Shown here piece after piece: positions 25,966-38,100 of a stretch of 64,000 nt of DNA (position 1 is its first letter; each line of letters begins with the position of its first letter). The notes under the pieces are model-generated. The model saw only the letters and a list, made by a program, of their open reading frames with translations, was not told where the DNA came from and did not search any database. The DNA comes from Nymphaea colorata (Eukaryota). Where the stretch lies: assembly GCF_008831285.2 (NCBI RefSeq), contig NC_045138.2:8804001-8868000 (forward strand), given 5' to 3'. Position numbers and translations under genes: made by a program.

Positions 25966-27224
25966 AATATTGAGCAACAATAAATTAAAAAAGGGGTACA
26001 TGAAAACAATCATTTCTAAAATTATGCTCAAAAGTAAACCACGCCGTCCAGCATTTAAAATTTCGCGTTCTTAAACTTAAAGAAAATCAAACATAGTGTC
26101 AAGTTCTTTAATATTATTTATTAAATTAATTTGGGTAAGTGAGATGAAATGTAAATGAAGGTCATTAGGTAAATTGCTGGTGCTTAAGCCAAGAGAAACA
26201 CTTTTAAAATAGAATATAATGACTGTGAGGTAAAAAAATCTTTAATTAATTTCGTCTCAATTTTGTCATTATGTTTAAAATTTTTTATGATGTTCAAAAA
26301 AATAAAGTGCACGTGAAAATATAATTTTGCAATGGTGAAAACCCCTTTTCATAAATGTATTATTTTGTTTATTCTTGTATTTTCTATTTTTATTTAAAAA
26401 AACCAAGTCACAACAGTCGACCACAACAGTGAATTGGGCGTTTCAAAACAGCAAGAAGGCAACTTCCTCGGCTATGCCTTGCCGGATGAAAGAAAGAAAA
26501 GAGACATGCACTTTTCAACGGTCAGAAGAAACTTGCCCAGGTATAAAGTTCCACCTCTTTTGGTGGAATTTTATTGCTGAAAGTGAAGTTCCTGTAAGAA
26601 AATTTCCGAGGGTTTAGTTTGGAGTTTGTTTCATTGTGAAACTTTCAATCCAATTTGAACTTTTGTTCCACCTCTACAGTAGATTCCACCAATTCAAATT
26701 CAAATTTTCAGAAGTAATTCTTATTTGTCAAAATGAGATGAAAACAAAGAAAGTTGGGGTGAAAGATATTTTCTTCTTATTCGTAAAAAAATGAGATGAA
26801 AACAAAGAACGTTGGGTGATTCATATTATCATAAATTTCGTCTCATCCCAAGGTGTCGAGGGAGATTTACCTACCAAAAAAAATGACCGTTAGGAGGCTG
26901 GAGAGGGAGAAAAGGGCCAATAAGGGCCCGTTTGATTGTCGGGTGAAATTTAACATGGTAAATTTACCATGGTAAATTTTTCTGGAAAAATTTACAGGAT
27001 GAAATTTCTCCTTGTTCCAATGTGAGGCTTTGTTTGATGCACACGAAAAATTTAATGTGGTAAATTTAACCATGTTTGATGCACAGGAAAAATTTAACCT
27101 GGTAAAAAGCAAGAAAACTTGATCAAAATTTTCAATCTTTGTGTACCCTCCAATGAAAGTATCCATGAAACGACTGATCTTTCTAATTGAGCACAATCTA
27201 CAAGCCCAAGCTCAATGTACATTT

Positions 27225-27520
27225 TCATAATGAAATTACATAATACTGAATCCAACTCATGCCCAACGATAACTCATGCCCAAGCTTCATCCTGTGGCAA
27301 TGAATCAACCTGCCAATGTCAAGAAACCCACACTGACCAGCTGTAATGCTCACTAAGCTGCTCAAATTGGGCTTCAAATCACCCATCAACAGACTATTAA
27401 AAATCCCAAGCAACGCATTGAACTCACCAACTTTGCAGTAACCATCAATCATGGCATTCCCTGAGACGATGCTTCTTTTGGGCATTTTATCGAACACCTT
27501 GCGAGCAAGCTGTTTGTTAC
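27225..27520 (-). pseudogene. PLS-class pentatricopeptide repeat (PPR) gene fragment inside the Harbinger element
   Basis: LARKVFDKMPKRSIVSGNAMIDGYCKVGE...LKPNLSSLVSI..GQCGFLDIGRLIHCHRMKLG has typical S/P/L PPR motifs, but only about 2.5 repeats. Confidence 0.85.
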
Positions 27521-27887
27521 CAGTTATCCCGTGCAGATGGTGGAGTATTGAATCACCCACATCTGATTTGATATGAAGGTCTCGAATTCTGGCCCCACCA
27601 CTGTGTCCTTTAGGGGGATTTTGCATGGATCCTCCACATCAAGTGAAGCCAGGAGCATTCAATCCACCATAGATTTTGGGGGTTTTCTGAGTCGGCTGCA
27701 TAGAGTCGAGCTTTTTCCAGCAGTCTTTGCAGTTTCTATTTGAGGGTGATTAGGGTTTTTGGATTAGGAGAAATTTGAGAAGCCTTGATTATGGTAGGCC
27801 ATCGGCAGTGTCAATGGGAAGAATCCAGCGCCACGGAGAAGAGTAAAGCCCCGATTTCTGAGATTGATATGAAATCGGCGTCACTTC

Positions 27888-28012
27888 CTTCGTGCTCTGC
27901 CCGCACCACCTGCTTCACCCTCCATTCCTTCGTGCTCTTCCCGCACCACCTGCTCTTCACCCTCCATTCCTTCGTGCTATTCCCGCACCACCTGCTTCAC
28001 CCTCCATTTCTT
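27888..28012 (+). repeat. Three copies of a ~40-bp tandem repeat (CTTCGTGCT..CCCGCACCACCTGCTTCACCCTCCATTC)
   Basis: Direct reading; seen as repeated FTLHSFVLFPHHLL in the ORF track. Confidence 0.9.
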
Positions 28013-28087
28013 TGTGCTTTGTTGCAGAAACCCCTCCCCAGTCTCGGCCACATGCTCAGGACGTGAGAGTGAAAAATCGAAAGCGGT

Positions 28088-28166
28088 CGAACGGGTGAAA
28101 TTTCACCCGCTCAAAAGTCCGAGCTGCGAGCTCGGACTTTCGAGCGGGTGAAATTTCACCCGCTCG
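28088..28166. repeat. Near-perfect ~79-bp palindrome whose arms each contain GGGTGAAATTTCACCC
   Basis: CGAACGGGTGAAATTTCACCCGCTCAAAAGTCCGAGCT-GCG-AGCTCGGACTTTCGAGCGGGTGAAATTTCACCCGCTCG; two more copies of the short palindrome at about 28182 and 28221. Confidence 0.92.
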
Positions 28167-30482
28167 CTTATATGTTAAACGGGGTGAATTTCACCCCGTT
28201 TGATGCATTTTACGTCGGGCGGGTGAAATTTCACCCACCCGTACACTTTTTTCCCTCCCTTTTCATTTTACCCAGGCTATCAAACTGGGCCTAAGAGGCG
28301 ACTGGCGAGCAACCTGTGGGTGCGACAGCAACAGCTATCGGCGTTGATGGCGAGGAAGATGGTGGCGTGGTGGTGGGTTGTGGTGAAGAGGTGGTCGGGG
28401 CTTTGGGGGGGTGGCGAGGAGATAGTTAGAGGTGGTAAGGAGGTGACGAGGGTATTAGATTTGGGAGACAGAGGTGGCGAGGGCATCAGATTTGAGATTC
28501 AATGCTTAAACCACCCTCGCCGGCAGCAAAACCATCAAGCAATCTGTGAAATTGATGAAATCGACGCCACCAGTCAAAACCCCATGGTCGGTCAAGCGGT
28601 CGGTGCTGGTCGGCGGCACCCACTATAATGCGTTCAAGGGGAGCACGATAAACCTAACCCTAACTCTAGCTCAGTAGACCGCACCATCTTCTTCTTCTAC
28701 CTTTCTCCCTCTCCAGCCTTTACCTTCTTCCTCTCGAATTCCATCCCATGCTATCGAGGTAAGAAGAATGTTTCTAGGAAACACCTTTCAATCCTATCAC
28801 ACACTCGGCAAAAATGAAATGGAAAGGAAATTTTTCATTCCATTTTTCCTGTAAACTTATTTCCAGAAGCTTATTTCTTATTTCATATTTCTAATCCATC
28901 AAACAGCCCCTTATTAAGGGATCTGCAAAAAAATATCATAATGGACCTTTTTAAAATTAAAATATTTATGTCCAATAATTCAAAATTGATTATTTTTAAA
29001 AATAATTGAAGGCAATAAATGTGCTTTAGGCAGATTTTTCATGGTGATGTTAAAACGTCACTCATGCGCCTCACCCGTTCTATCTCCTCATCTACCTTAC
29101 TGCACTGCTGCATGGGGGCTTGGCTGCTTGTGAAGAAGATAGTGTCTGGCTTCTCACAATGCCGTCATAGTGAAGAGGTGGTTCATTCCAGGTGCCTCTC
29201 TCTCTCTCTCTCTTTCTCTCTCTCCCCGCCCGCGCCCCACCCTTTTTCACCATTGTCATCTACGTATGTCTAGTTCGCCCTCTATTGTCTGCAACGTCTT
29301 CCACTCCGCTTGTTGAGCGCTGGTAATGACATCGTTGCCCTGGTCACTTAGACAAGATACTACCATGTTTTTCAGCCGTCATTCTCAAAAGAAATCCAGA
29401 TAATTTTGGGACAATTCGATGTTTTCACCAGAAAATGGTGATCCATTGAAGAGAATAAGTGACAAATATGGAGAATTATATGGCATTTTGTTTGTATATA
29501 TCAACTTGACTTCATCCAATAGTTTGCTGCTCTTGATTGCCACGTGAGAGTTCCAACTTCCAATCAATTGAAGTTCTTTTGAGGGATAAAAAGATAGAAA
29601 GTAAGAACTGGTATTGCGTATGCCAACTGTTTGTGTAAAGACCCGAGCAAACCCTTACGAGTTTGAGTCGTTTCTGCTGAAGCCCTTCAGTGCCTCATAA
29701 AAGTAAAGACAAAATTAGTTGGTTGCTTCATGGTCGTAAAACTCGACTTTCCAAAACCTTTTTGAATCAGTGAAGAAATGAATGTCATCAGTTTCGCCGT
29801 TGGAAGCAAATTTCGGTTTCTACAGAAAGTGAGTTGATCCTTATTCATTTTTGGATGACGACCCTCTCAATCTAAACGAATATGGTGAATGACGTCTTAG
29901 GAGCGTCTGGCCAATTTAAACACTGTAATGGTGATTATTTTTCTTATACGAAGAATGCCTGTGACTAGAGGTGTGAATCCTCTCTTTGATGTCCAGTATA
30001 CTGTTTCAACAACAGAAAAACCAAAAACAGGCAATCAGTTATGAGTTCTTTTGTGAGATTGGAAATTTTCCTACGATGAAAAGGGGAATAATGATACAAA
30101 TGCCAGCAGAAGCATTAGTGCTATTGATGCATTTCTGCCACTCTAATTTGGCAGAACCCCAGTTTCACAATGATGACCAGATTGTGCCTTCATCAATGAA
30201 CTAATAGGAAGGCTTGCACTCATAAACTTCAAATTTATTTTTCGAGTCGGATATATGGGGGAGTTGAATCTTGCTGTGTGTCAGATCTTTCCAGATGGTT
30301 AAAATTTTAAAATTTGTTGTTAGAAAACAGTCACTAAATTGGTAGTGGGTACTAAAATTAGTTCACACTTCTTCTCCTTGTTTTATCCTCAACCATCTAT
30401 CATGATAGATCGAACGATTCTAATGAGTAATCTGGGTGACTCTGGATAGCCAAAGTGACCAATCTCTCTCTTTCTCTCTCCA

Positions 30483-30486
<4 letters not shown>

Positions 30487-30538
<52 letters not shown>
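30487..30538 (+). repeat. (TA)n microsatellite
   Basis: Direct reading. Confidence 0.95.
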
Positions 30539-30544
<6 letters not shown>

Positions 30545-31537
30545 CTGTATGGCCCTATATGACATGATTGATCAATAGAAATAGTCCAGCAGTCCGTCTT
30601 TGTCATATATTTCATATATCATGCAAGAAAAGTATAATATTCATGGAAGGAAGAGGAGTGCTTCTGTCAAATTATTTGCAAGTTAAAAAGACAATGTCCA
30701 AAGTCTAAATTCGTTTGAACACCTGAAAATAATGGGAAAATGTGGGCCTTAAGTGCTTTATCTTTTGTGATAGCTTGATAGTGAGTTTGCTTCATCTTAT
30801 GTGTCACTTTTAGTTAGAATTTCTTTGGTTTTTGGAATTAGGTGAAATGAAAAGTGATGTACCATTTTTGTTGTAGTGGAATGAATTGCATGCATTTGTA
30901 GGCAATTGATGTTTATGTTCATATGTTTGAGATAGGGCTAAATTATCTATACTTAATTTAGATGCAGTTAGGATCATACTGGTTGCAGGTAAGAAGGTAA
31001 AAGACCATGTAAAGAAAACATTTAAGAAATGGATTATGTCATATATTCAGATGGGCCATGGGAAAATGGCCTAGTTTAGTCTAATGAGTTCTTTTGTTAA
31101 CAAGGTTTAAATTTGGCCTGGGTTGATGGTTTTTGTATACTCCATTTGTCATGTGCAGCAGTCTACCAGCCTCCCTCTCTTGAATACAGGTTCTTCCACT
31201 TCTTAAGCGACAACTGAGCTCTTCTTGGCAGTCATGGCTTATTGCAACATGGTGGTATCTTTAACTTGAAACAGACAATAAAATGTTTCATGAGTATTAC
31301 CTCTCCTCATCGATAACGCAGATCCAATCTGATCTTCTCGCTTCCGTGAGACTTGTTTGGCCTGTCTGACATTGTTCCAGTTTGCAGCTTTTGCAGTCTT
31401 GTCAACCCAGCAAACCAAGGGCTCTCTCCCTTTCTCTCTGTGCACTAGCTGTAGGATACTGGCCTGAAGGTCACAGGTTGCTGTCCCTTTGTTGCCTTGT
31501 CTATCCCACTTTCCATCCTTAATCTGCAGCCCTAGTA

Positions 31538-32137
31538 ATGGCTTATGTTTCTATCTTTTTTAGAGTGCCACCCAAGTTTCCTAGCTCCTTCCCTATATCT
31601 CAAGCCCCATTCATTCCCTACCTTGCAAGAAGAGCTTCCTCTGCTTCTGCTTCTGCTTCTTCTAGCCAAACCCATAGCACCACCTTGTCGAAATCCCTTC
31701 AACAAGAAAACTATGAGGCCATCATTGGTATAGAGACCCACGTCCAGCTCTCTACCCTCACCAAAGCCTTCTGCAGCTGCCCCTACCACTATGGTTCAGT
31801 ACCCAACACCCACATCTGCCCTGTCTGCATGGGGCTCCCCGGCTGCCTCCCTGTTCTCAACTCTAAGGTCATTGAGTTTGCTGTCAAATTAGGCCTTGCC
31901 CTGAATTGTAAACTGTCTCTGAGGTCCAAATTTGATCGGAAGCAGTATTTTTATCCTGACTTGCCAAAAGGTTACCAAATCTCTCAGTTTGATGTTCCAA
32001 TTGCTAGCCATGGGTACCTTGATGTGGACCTGCCAGTTGAGTTTGGAGGGGGGCACAGGAGGTTTGGTATCACTAGAGTTCATATGGAAGAGGATGCAGG
32101 GAAGTTAATTCATGCTGCCAGTGGAGGCTATTCACAG
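31538..32137 (+). CDS. gatB: gatB exon 1 (transit peptide + N-terminal catalytic domain)
   Basis: ATG at 31538; ends CAG|GTTATG; 600 nt. Confidence 0.93.
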
Positions 32138-35100
32138 GTTATGGTCAGCCAAACTTTGTGAAAACTATTTCGTAGTTGCTTTATACTGTTATTGAGTTCT
32201 AAGGATTCCCTGTCATCTAAAGCTCTTTTTGTTAATCTTAGTTGTTGCATTTGAAAGTATATTTCATTCATACTAAGAATCAATTTTGGATGGTTGCTTT
32301 TGCTTAAAAATATAGCTTCTGATTTTATCTCGAAATATGGTTTTCTTTTTATTTAATGGCTATCAATCTATTGGCTTTGGGGTGGTGACTATCGTAGTAT
32401 GGTGTGACTTTTAAAATTGAAACCTTATGTAGGGAAGCATCAGTTTTATAATTGTTATTATGTTTTATGTCCTTTTAGGTGGGGGAATTTTCCATTCGGC
32501 ACAGACATGGTTATTTTTTTATTGTTCACCTTTAGATGTCATTTTTGATAAAATTATCTTTTTATGTGAGTCAACTGTCTTTTATAGTTTCGCTTACATA
32601 GGTTAGTTTCACATATATTTATTTCAACATTTTTCATTGCTTCCCAATATGAAAAATGTATTAATGAGTATAATTAGTCAATGCATTTTTCCTGAAGATA
32701 AGTTGTTGCTTCTGGTCTGCATTTAATTGTTAGTATTTTAAGCTGCTACTGGGTGGTACTCTGGTAGATATATTTAATCTTGCATTTTCTATATGAATGG
32801 ATGGCAGTCCTTGAGTCTTGCTGAGAAAGATTTTATATGTTTTTGGTTCAGGTGGACCTGAACAGAGCTGGGGTGCCTTTGCTTGAGATTGTATCGGAGC
32901 CTGACATGAGGAGTGGTTTGGAGGCTGCAGAATATGCAGCAGAAATACAGAGATTGGTCCGCTATATAGGAGTTAGCAATGGCAATATGCAGGAAGGTTC
33001 ATTGCGCTGTGATGTGAATGTGTCTGTACGACCAAAAGGACAGGACAAATTTGGAACAAAGGTGAATGAGAGGTCTTTCATTATCATGCTATTCATATAA
33101 TCTTATGTACAGAATTTGGAATGGAGAGTTCATGGCAAGAACTCTTGAAATCTTCTTGGTTATTCCAACACCATGGTTCAGATCATGATTTTATTCTTTC
33201 TCAGAAACATGGTTTCTGGGCTCTTTGAAATATAAAGCATGTGCATAGTATGGTTTTCCAAAGTAGATATTGAAATCTCTAGTGTTTTGTTCTATTTCAA
33301 TTATATTTGTAGATTGATCAATATTTAGCCCCCTTGGGTTGCACACCATTTCGTGCAATGAAATAGTTAGATGTGCATCCCCCAAACAACTGTAAAATTT
33401 AAGGGCTTCAATGTTAAACTTCTTCCTTCTTTGATTATTTTTATGGTAGCCAAAGTTATTTTATTTTGATTTTACTGTTCTTCAAATTCTGAAGTTTCAA
33501 GTTCTACATTTTTATAGTTGCTAAGGATGGAAAATCTCACGTTCTCGTCATCACGAAGCCGGAGCAGTTACATGAGCACCAGTAATGTCATGTCCTTCAA
33601 CTGACTATGATAGCTCCTCAAAAAATTTCGTGAGATAGTTCACAAGCTGTTATCACCAATTTTGCTTTTTGTGGAGCCGCTAGCCGTTTTGAATTTGTGT
33701 TATTTATGAAATTCTCCATGTCATCGTGAAGCCATAGCAGTTACATCAGCACCAGTAATGTCATGTCCTTCAACTGACTATGGTTGCTCCTTTGAAACAT
33801 TTGATGAGATAGTTCACGAGTTGTTGTCATCAATTTTGGTTCGCAACATTGTGGAGCCGCTATTTTTCTATCACCCAGTCCCATTTTGAATTTGTGTTAT
33901 TTTTTAAATTCCCTCCATACTACTTTTAGCTAAGTAACTGTAAATGTTTTAGCTGGTTATTGTATGTTAGAGTCTTCAGACATTGACCTGGTATTTTCTT
34001 CTGAAATATGTTAACCAGGCAGACAATCTTTATTCACATGGTCTCTGTTTGCCTTGGCACAATAGTGTGATATTTCGTAGAAGCAGTCTTTTATTTTCAG
34101 GAAAAGTACTAGTTGTTTCCTTCTTGTTATTATAAATTTTAATGATGCTCAATCTTCCTTCGTATAGGTAGAAATTAAAAATATGAATTCATTCTCAGCA
34201 ATGCAAAGGGCAATTGACTTTGAGATTTCTAGGCAAATTTCGCTCTACAATGAGGGCCAAGAGAATCAAATAATACAAGAAACTCGACTCTGGGAAGAAG
34301 GATCTCAGGTCAGTATCTGAGGTTTACTTAATGCATTTTTATTTTTCTTTAATAGTTTTTCTGAGATCTATCTTTTACATCTCAAATTTTCTTATCTAGA
34401 GAACAGTAACTATGAGAACAAAGGAAGGACTTGCAGATTATAGATATTTTCCTGAGCCAGACCTTCCAGATGTTGTAATCACTGAGGATTATGTGCATAT
34501 TCTTCGGTCTGGACTTCCAGAACTTCCAGATACAAAGAGGAGGCGATATGAGCAAATGGGTTTGACCATGCAAGACGTTTTGTTCCTGGCAAATGACGAT
34601 AATGTAACTGTTGCTGACCTGTAATCTATTTTGGATTTCTTTATGATGTTCTTGTGACCTTTTCCAATTTTAAACGCCACATCTCAGGTTGCTGAGTTTT
34701 TTGATGCAACTATCACAAATGGTGCTGATATCAAGCTAGCTGCTAACTGGATCATGGGTGATATTGCTGCCTATTTGAAAAATGAAAAGTTATCAATAAA
34801 CGAGATCAAATTAACACCTCATGAACTAGCTGAACTTATAGCTTCCATTAAAGGTGGAACAATTAGTGGCAAGATTGGCAAGGAGGTCTGTGAAAGAGGC
34901 TTTCTCATTCTTTTGACTGCAATGAACTTTATTCACTTTGTTGATATTTCGTATTTCCCATCAAAACGTGTCAAAATTCTAGCGCCTGGGCAGGCCTTAT
35001 AACTCACTGATGCTTGTGCATTTTTTATAGATACTGTTTGAATTGATAGCAAAAGGTGGAACAGTGAAGGCATTGATTGAAGAGAAGGACCTTGTTCAGG

Positions 35101-38100
35101 CAAGTGCCCATTTCATTGTGGTCATTTCATTGATTAGTTTTAATATTTTTTACATGTATGCATGTGTTTTTTGGTAAATCTGAAACTTGTCACATTTTGC
35201 TTGTGTTTTAATATTTTTTACATGTATGCTTGTGTTTTTGGTAAATCTACCCAATGTTTGTATTTTTGTCTAAGAAAACTCTCTTCTTTTTTCAGTTGTA
35301 CGCGACATTGAATTATTTGATTTTATGGTCACAATTGTGCTGCAGATAATAATAGATGATCACCCAAAGTTTGATAAACAATAAGGGTGTTTTTGAAACA
35401 CCAGATGACCTCCCTTCCATGAAGAGATTATCCTAAAACAAGCACTATTTATTTTATCCGACATTTTTTCCTGCCATACAGATTTTTACCCATAAAATTG
35501 TAAGAAAAAAATCACAATGAGGGGAGTCCCAATTTTTCATCCTTGATTTTGGTTGTGAGTACACCCATATGTCGATGCCTGATGGATATATTGATATACA
35601 CATCTACATAGGTAGAAGAGAAGATGGATAAATAGCAAAGCGACCTCTGTTTATTGCCAAATTGACTGGCAATCCATCTTTGAATGAACAAGGGCTCTTT
35701 TCTTTTTCATCTTTTCATTTTATTACTCGGATTGGATTAAAAGAATTTATAGATCCATGTTGTTAGAAACATCAGAACATGGGGGAACAAATAGAATCAA
35801 GTTGACTCTTTATTCCTTCATATCATCATGTATTTTTGGAGTATAGATTAGGTACATCATCCTCAAGGATCAGTGAATTCTTGGGCCAAGCTGGATTTGA
35901 ACCAGCATAGGCATATCACCAATGAATTTACAGTCTGTCCCCATTAACTGCTCAGTCATCGACCTAGGAAGAATCAATTGTCTGTTTGTTCATAATTCAT
36001 CGTCAACTTTTCTTTTGTTGTACCCTACTACCCCCAAGGGAAGTCGAAACCCCGCCGCCTCCTTGAAAGAGAGATGTCCTGAACTGCTAGATGCCAGGGT
36101 CAATGTCAATATAATGAATGCTAGGACCTCTAAGAAAAGAACCACTTTAGTTATGAATGTATTATAAATTTTTGTACTTCATTTTGGTATCATATGGTGA
36201 ATGTCATAGTGAAATTTGAAAAGGTCTTCATTTGACAAAACTCTAGCCATTCCTTTTTCTTATTATTTTCAGGTATAAGAGATGCATGGTTTCAGTTGCA
36301 TTCATCTCCTTATAATTTACATCTATGTTGGAACTGTTTCTGACAATTCTTTAATGTCACATTGAACCACTTCAACATTACCACGTGTGTTAGTTCTCAA
36401 TGATTCCAAATTCTTAAGATATTCTATCCACCTTGTCACTTTCATGTGGAAGAATGTGTATGTAACCAACATTTAAAAACTTGCCCATTCAACCTGGTGA
36501 CTTGAGTGAGTCGGCTTGGCTTGCCCCCTAACAAGTCAATCTACTAGGTTGACTCGTTTTACTTAATTGTTCAATATTTTATTGCTTTTTATAGTTGATA
36601 TACATTAAGATACAAGTTTTGTTTGTTACTTTATTAAAGATACAAGTTCAGTTTGTTAAAAATCAAGCAATATTAACGAAATTGATTGAGTTTTCTTAAT
36701 GTTTTTGCATTCAACATGCTAAATTGCAACAATTCATGGAGGATGAACTTAGTTGTGACTTCATTTTATGTTGGTTTGACTTTTTTTTTTAATCATATAA
36801 GTGGAATTAAGTCATTTTACAAACTTTTATGTTTAAAAGACTTGTATTTTGTTTTTGTAGAAACACGAAATATAGGAAAAAAGAATACGATGAACACGAT
36901 GTAACGTGGAAAAACCTTCAACAAGAGGGAAAAAACCACGGATGAGGAGGAACTGGTGCACCAGACTCTCTCTCTCTTAAGATTTCATTAACTCTCTTAC
37001 GATGAACACGATGTAACGTGGAAAAACCCTCAACAAGAGGGAAAAAACCACGGATGAAGAGGAACTGGTGCACACTAGCAACCAGACTCTCTCTCTCTTA
37101 AGATTTCATTAACTCTCTCAAGATTAGGGTTACAATCCTTAAGTAACGCCCAACAAGGGCTACACGATGGATCATGTATGGATCCAGACCTGGTCCCGAG
37201 AACCATCTAACACGTTTCAACACTCCCCCTCAAGTTGGGCATACATATCAAACTTGCCCAACTTGAATACATTTCTCTCGAACGAAGTCGAAGATAGAGC
37301 TTTCAGAACATCAGCAGTTTGGTCTTCAGACTTCATGTAAGGTAAAACTAACTCTTTAGCATTAATCCTTTCACGAATGAAGTGACGATCAATCTCAACA
37401 TGTTTTCTTTTGTCGTGTAGTACAGGGTTGTTGGCTAAGTTGATTGCAGACTTGTTGTCACAATACATCTTCATATGTCCTTCAATCTCTATCCCGATAT
37501 CAGTCAGCAATATTTTCAGCCATAGTAACTCTGACACTCCCATAGCAATAGTTCTATACTCTGCCTCAGCACTAGATCGAGAACACACATCTTGTCTCTT
37601 GCTCCTCCAGACAACAAGATTTCTTCCCAAGTAGACACAATACCCTGTGGTAGACCGTCTAGTATCAGCACAACCTGCCCAGTCTGCATCGGAATACTCC
37701 TCGATCTCTACAGTCTCTTGTTTCACATACAAGAGTCCCTTGCCAGGATTTCTCTTCAAATAGCACAATATTCTGTCCACAGCCTTCAGGTGTGCATCAG
37801 TAGGTGCATGCATGAATTGACTCAGTACATTCACCGCAAAAGTGATATTTGGTCTCGTGAGGGTAAGATAAATCAACTTTCCAACCAGACGTTGATATCT
37901 TCCCTTACCTTCTTCACAGAGCAACTCTCCATCTCTAAGGCTTAACTTGTGTCCAGTATCAAGTGGGGTAGAAGCGGGTCTACACCCCAGTTTACCAGTC
38001 TCCTCCAACAGATCTAATGTGTATTTCCTTTGGTTTAGCACAAGGCCAGTACTAGATCTAGCAATCTCAATACCAAGAAAATACCTCAGTTTGCCAAGAT

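Larger units (their letters stand above)
26924..28291. mobile_element. Non-autonomous PIF/Harbinger element (1368 bp) carrying a PPR gene fragment (Pack-type)
   Basis: TAA TSD at 26921-26923 and 28292-28294; TIRs GGGCCCGTTTGAT / ATCAAACTGGGCC (11/13 match); repeated subterminal GGTGAAATTT/GGTAAATTT motifs at both ends. Confidence 0.82.

Noticed and set aside
27225..27626. Functional PPR gene
   Set aside because: Only about 2.5 motifs, no targeting peptide or E/DYW domain, and enclosed by TIRs and a TSD.
29385..29567. Receptor-kinase fragment (HVAIKSSKLLDE)
   Set aside because: One short motif; no glycine-rich loop or other kinase subdomains seen in frame.
35882..36101. Functional nuclear tRNA genes, or a functional link between tRNA-Glu and gatB
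   Set aside because: Plastid-type sequences with stem-breaking transitions and a damaged trnE acceptor stem; GatCAB acts on misacylated tRNA-Gln, so the co-location is most simply chance.
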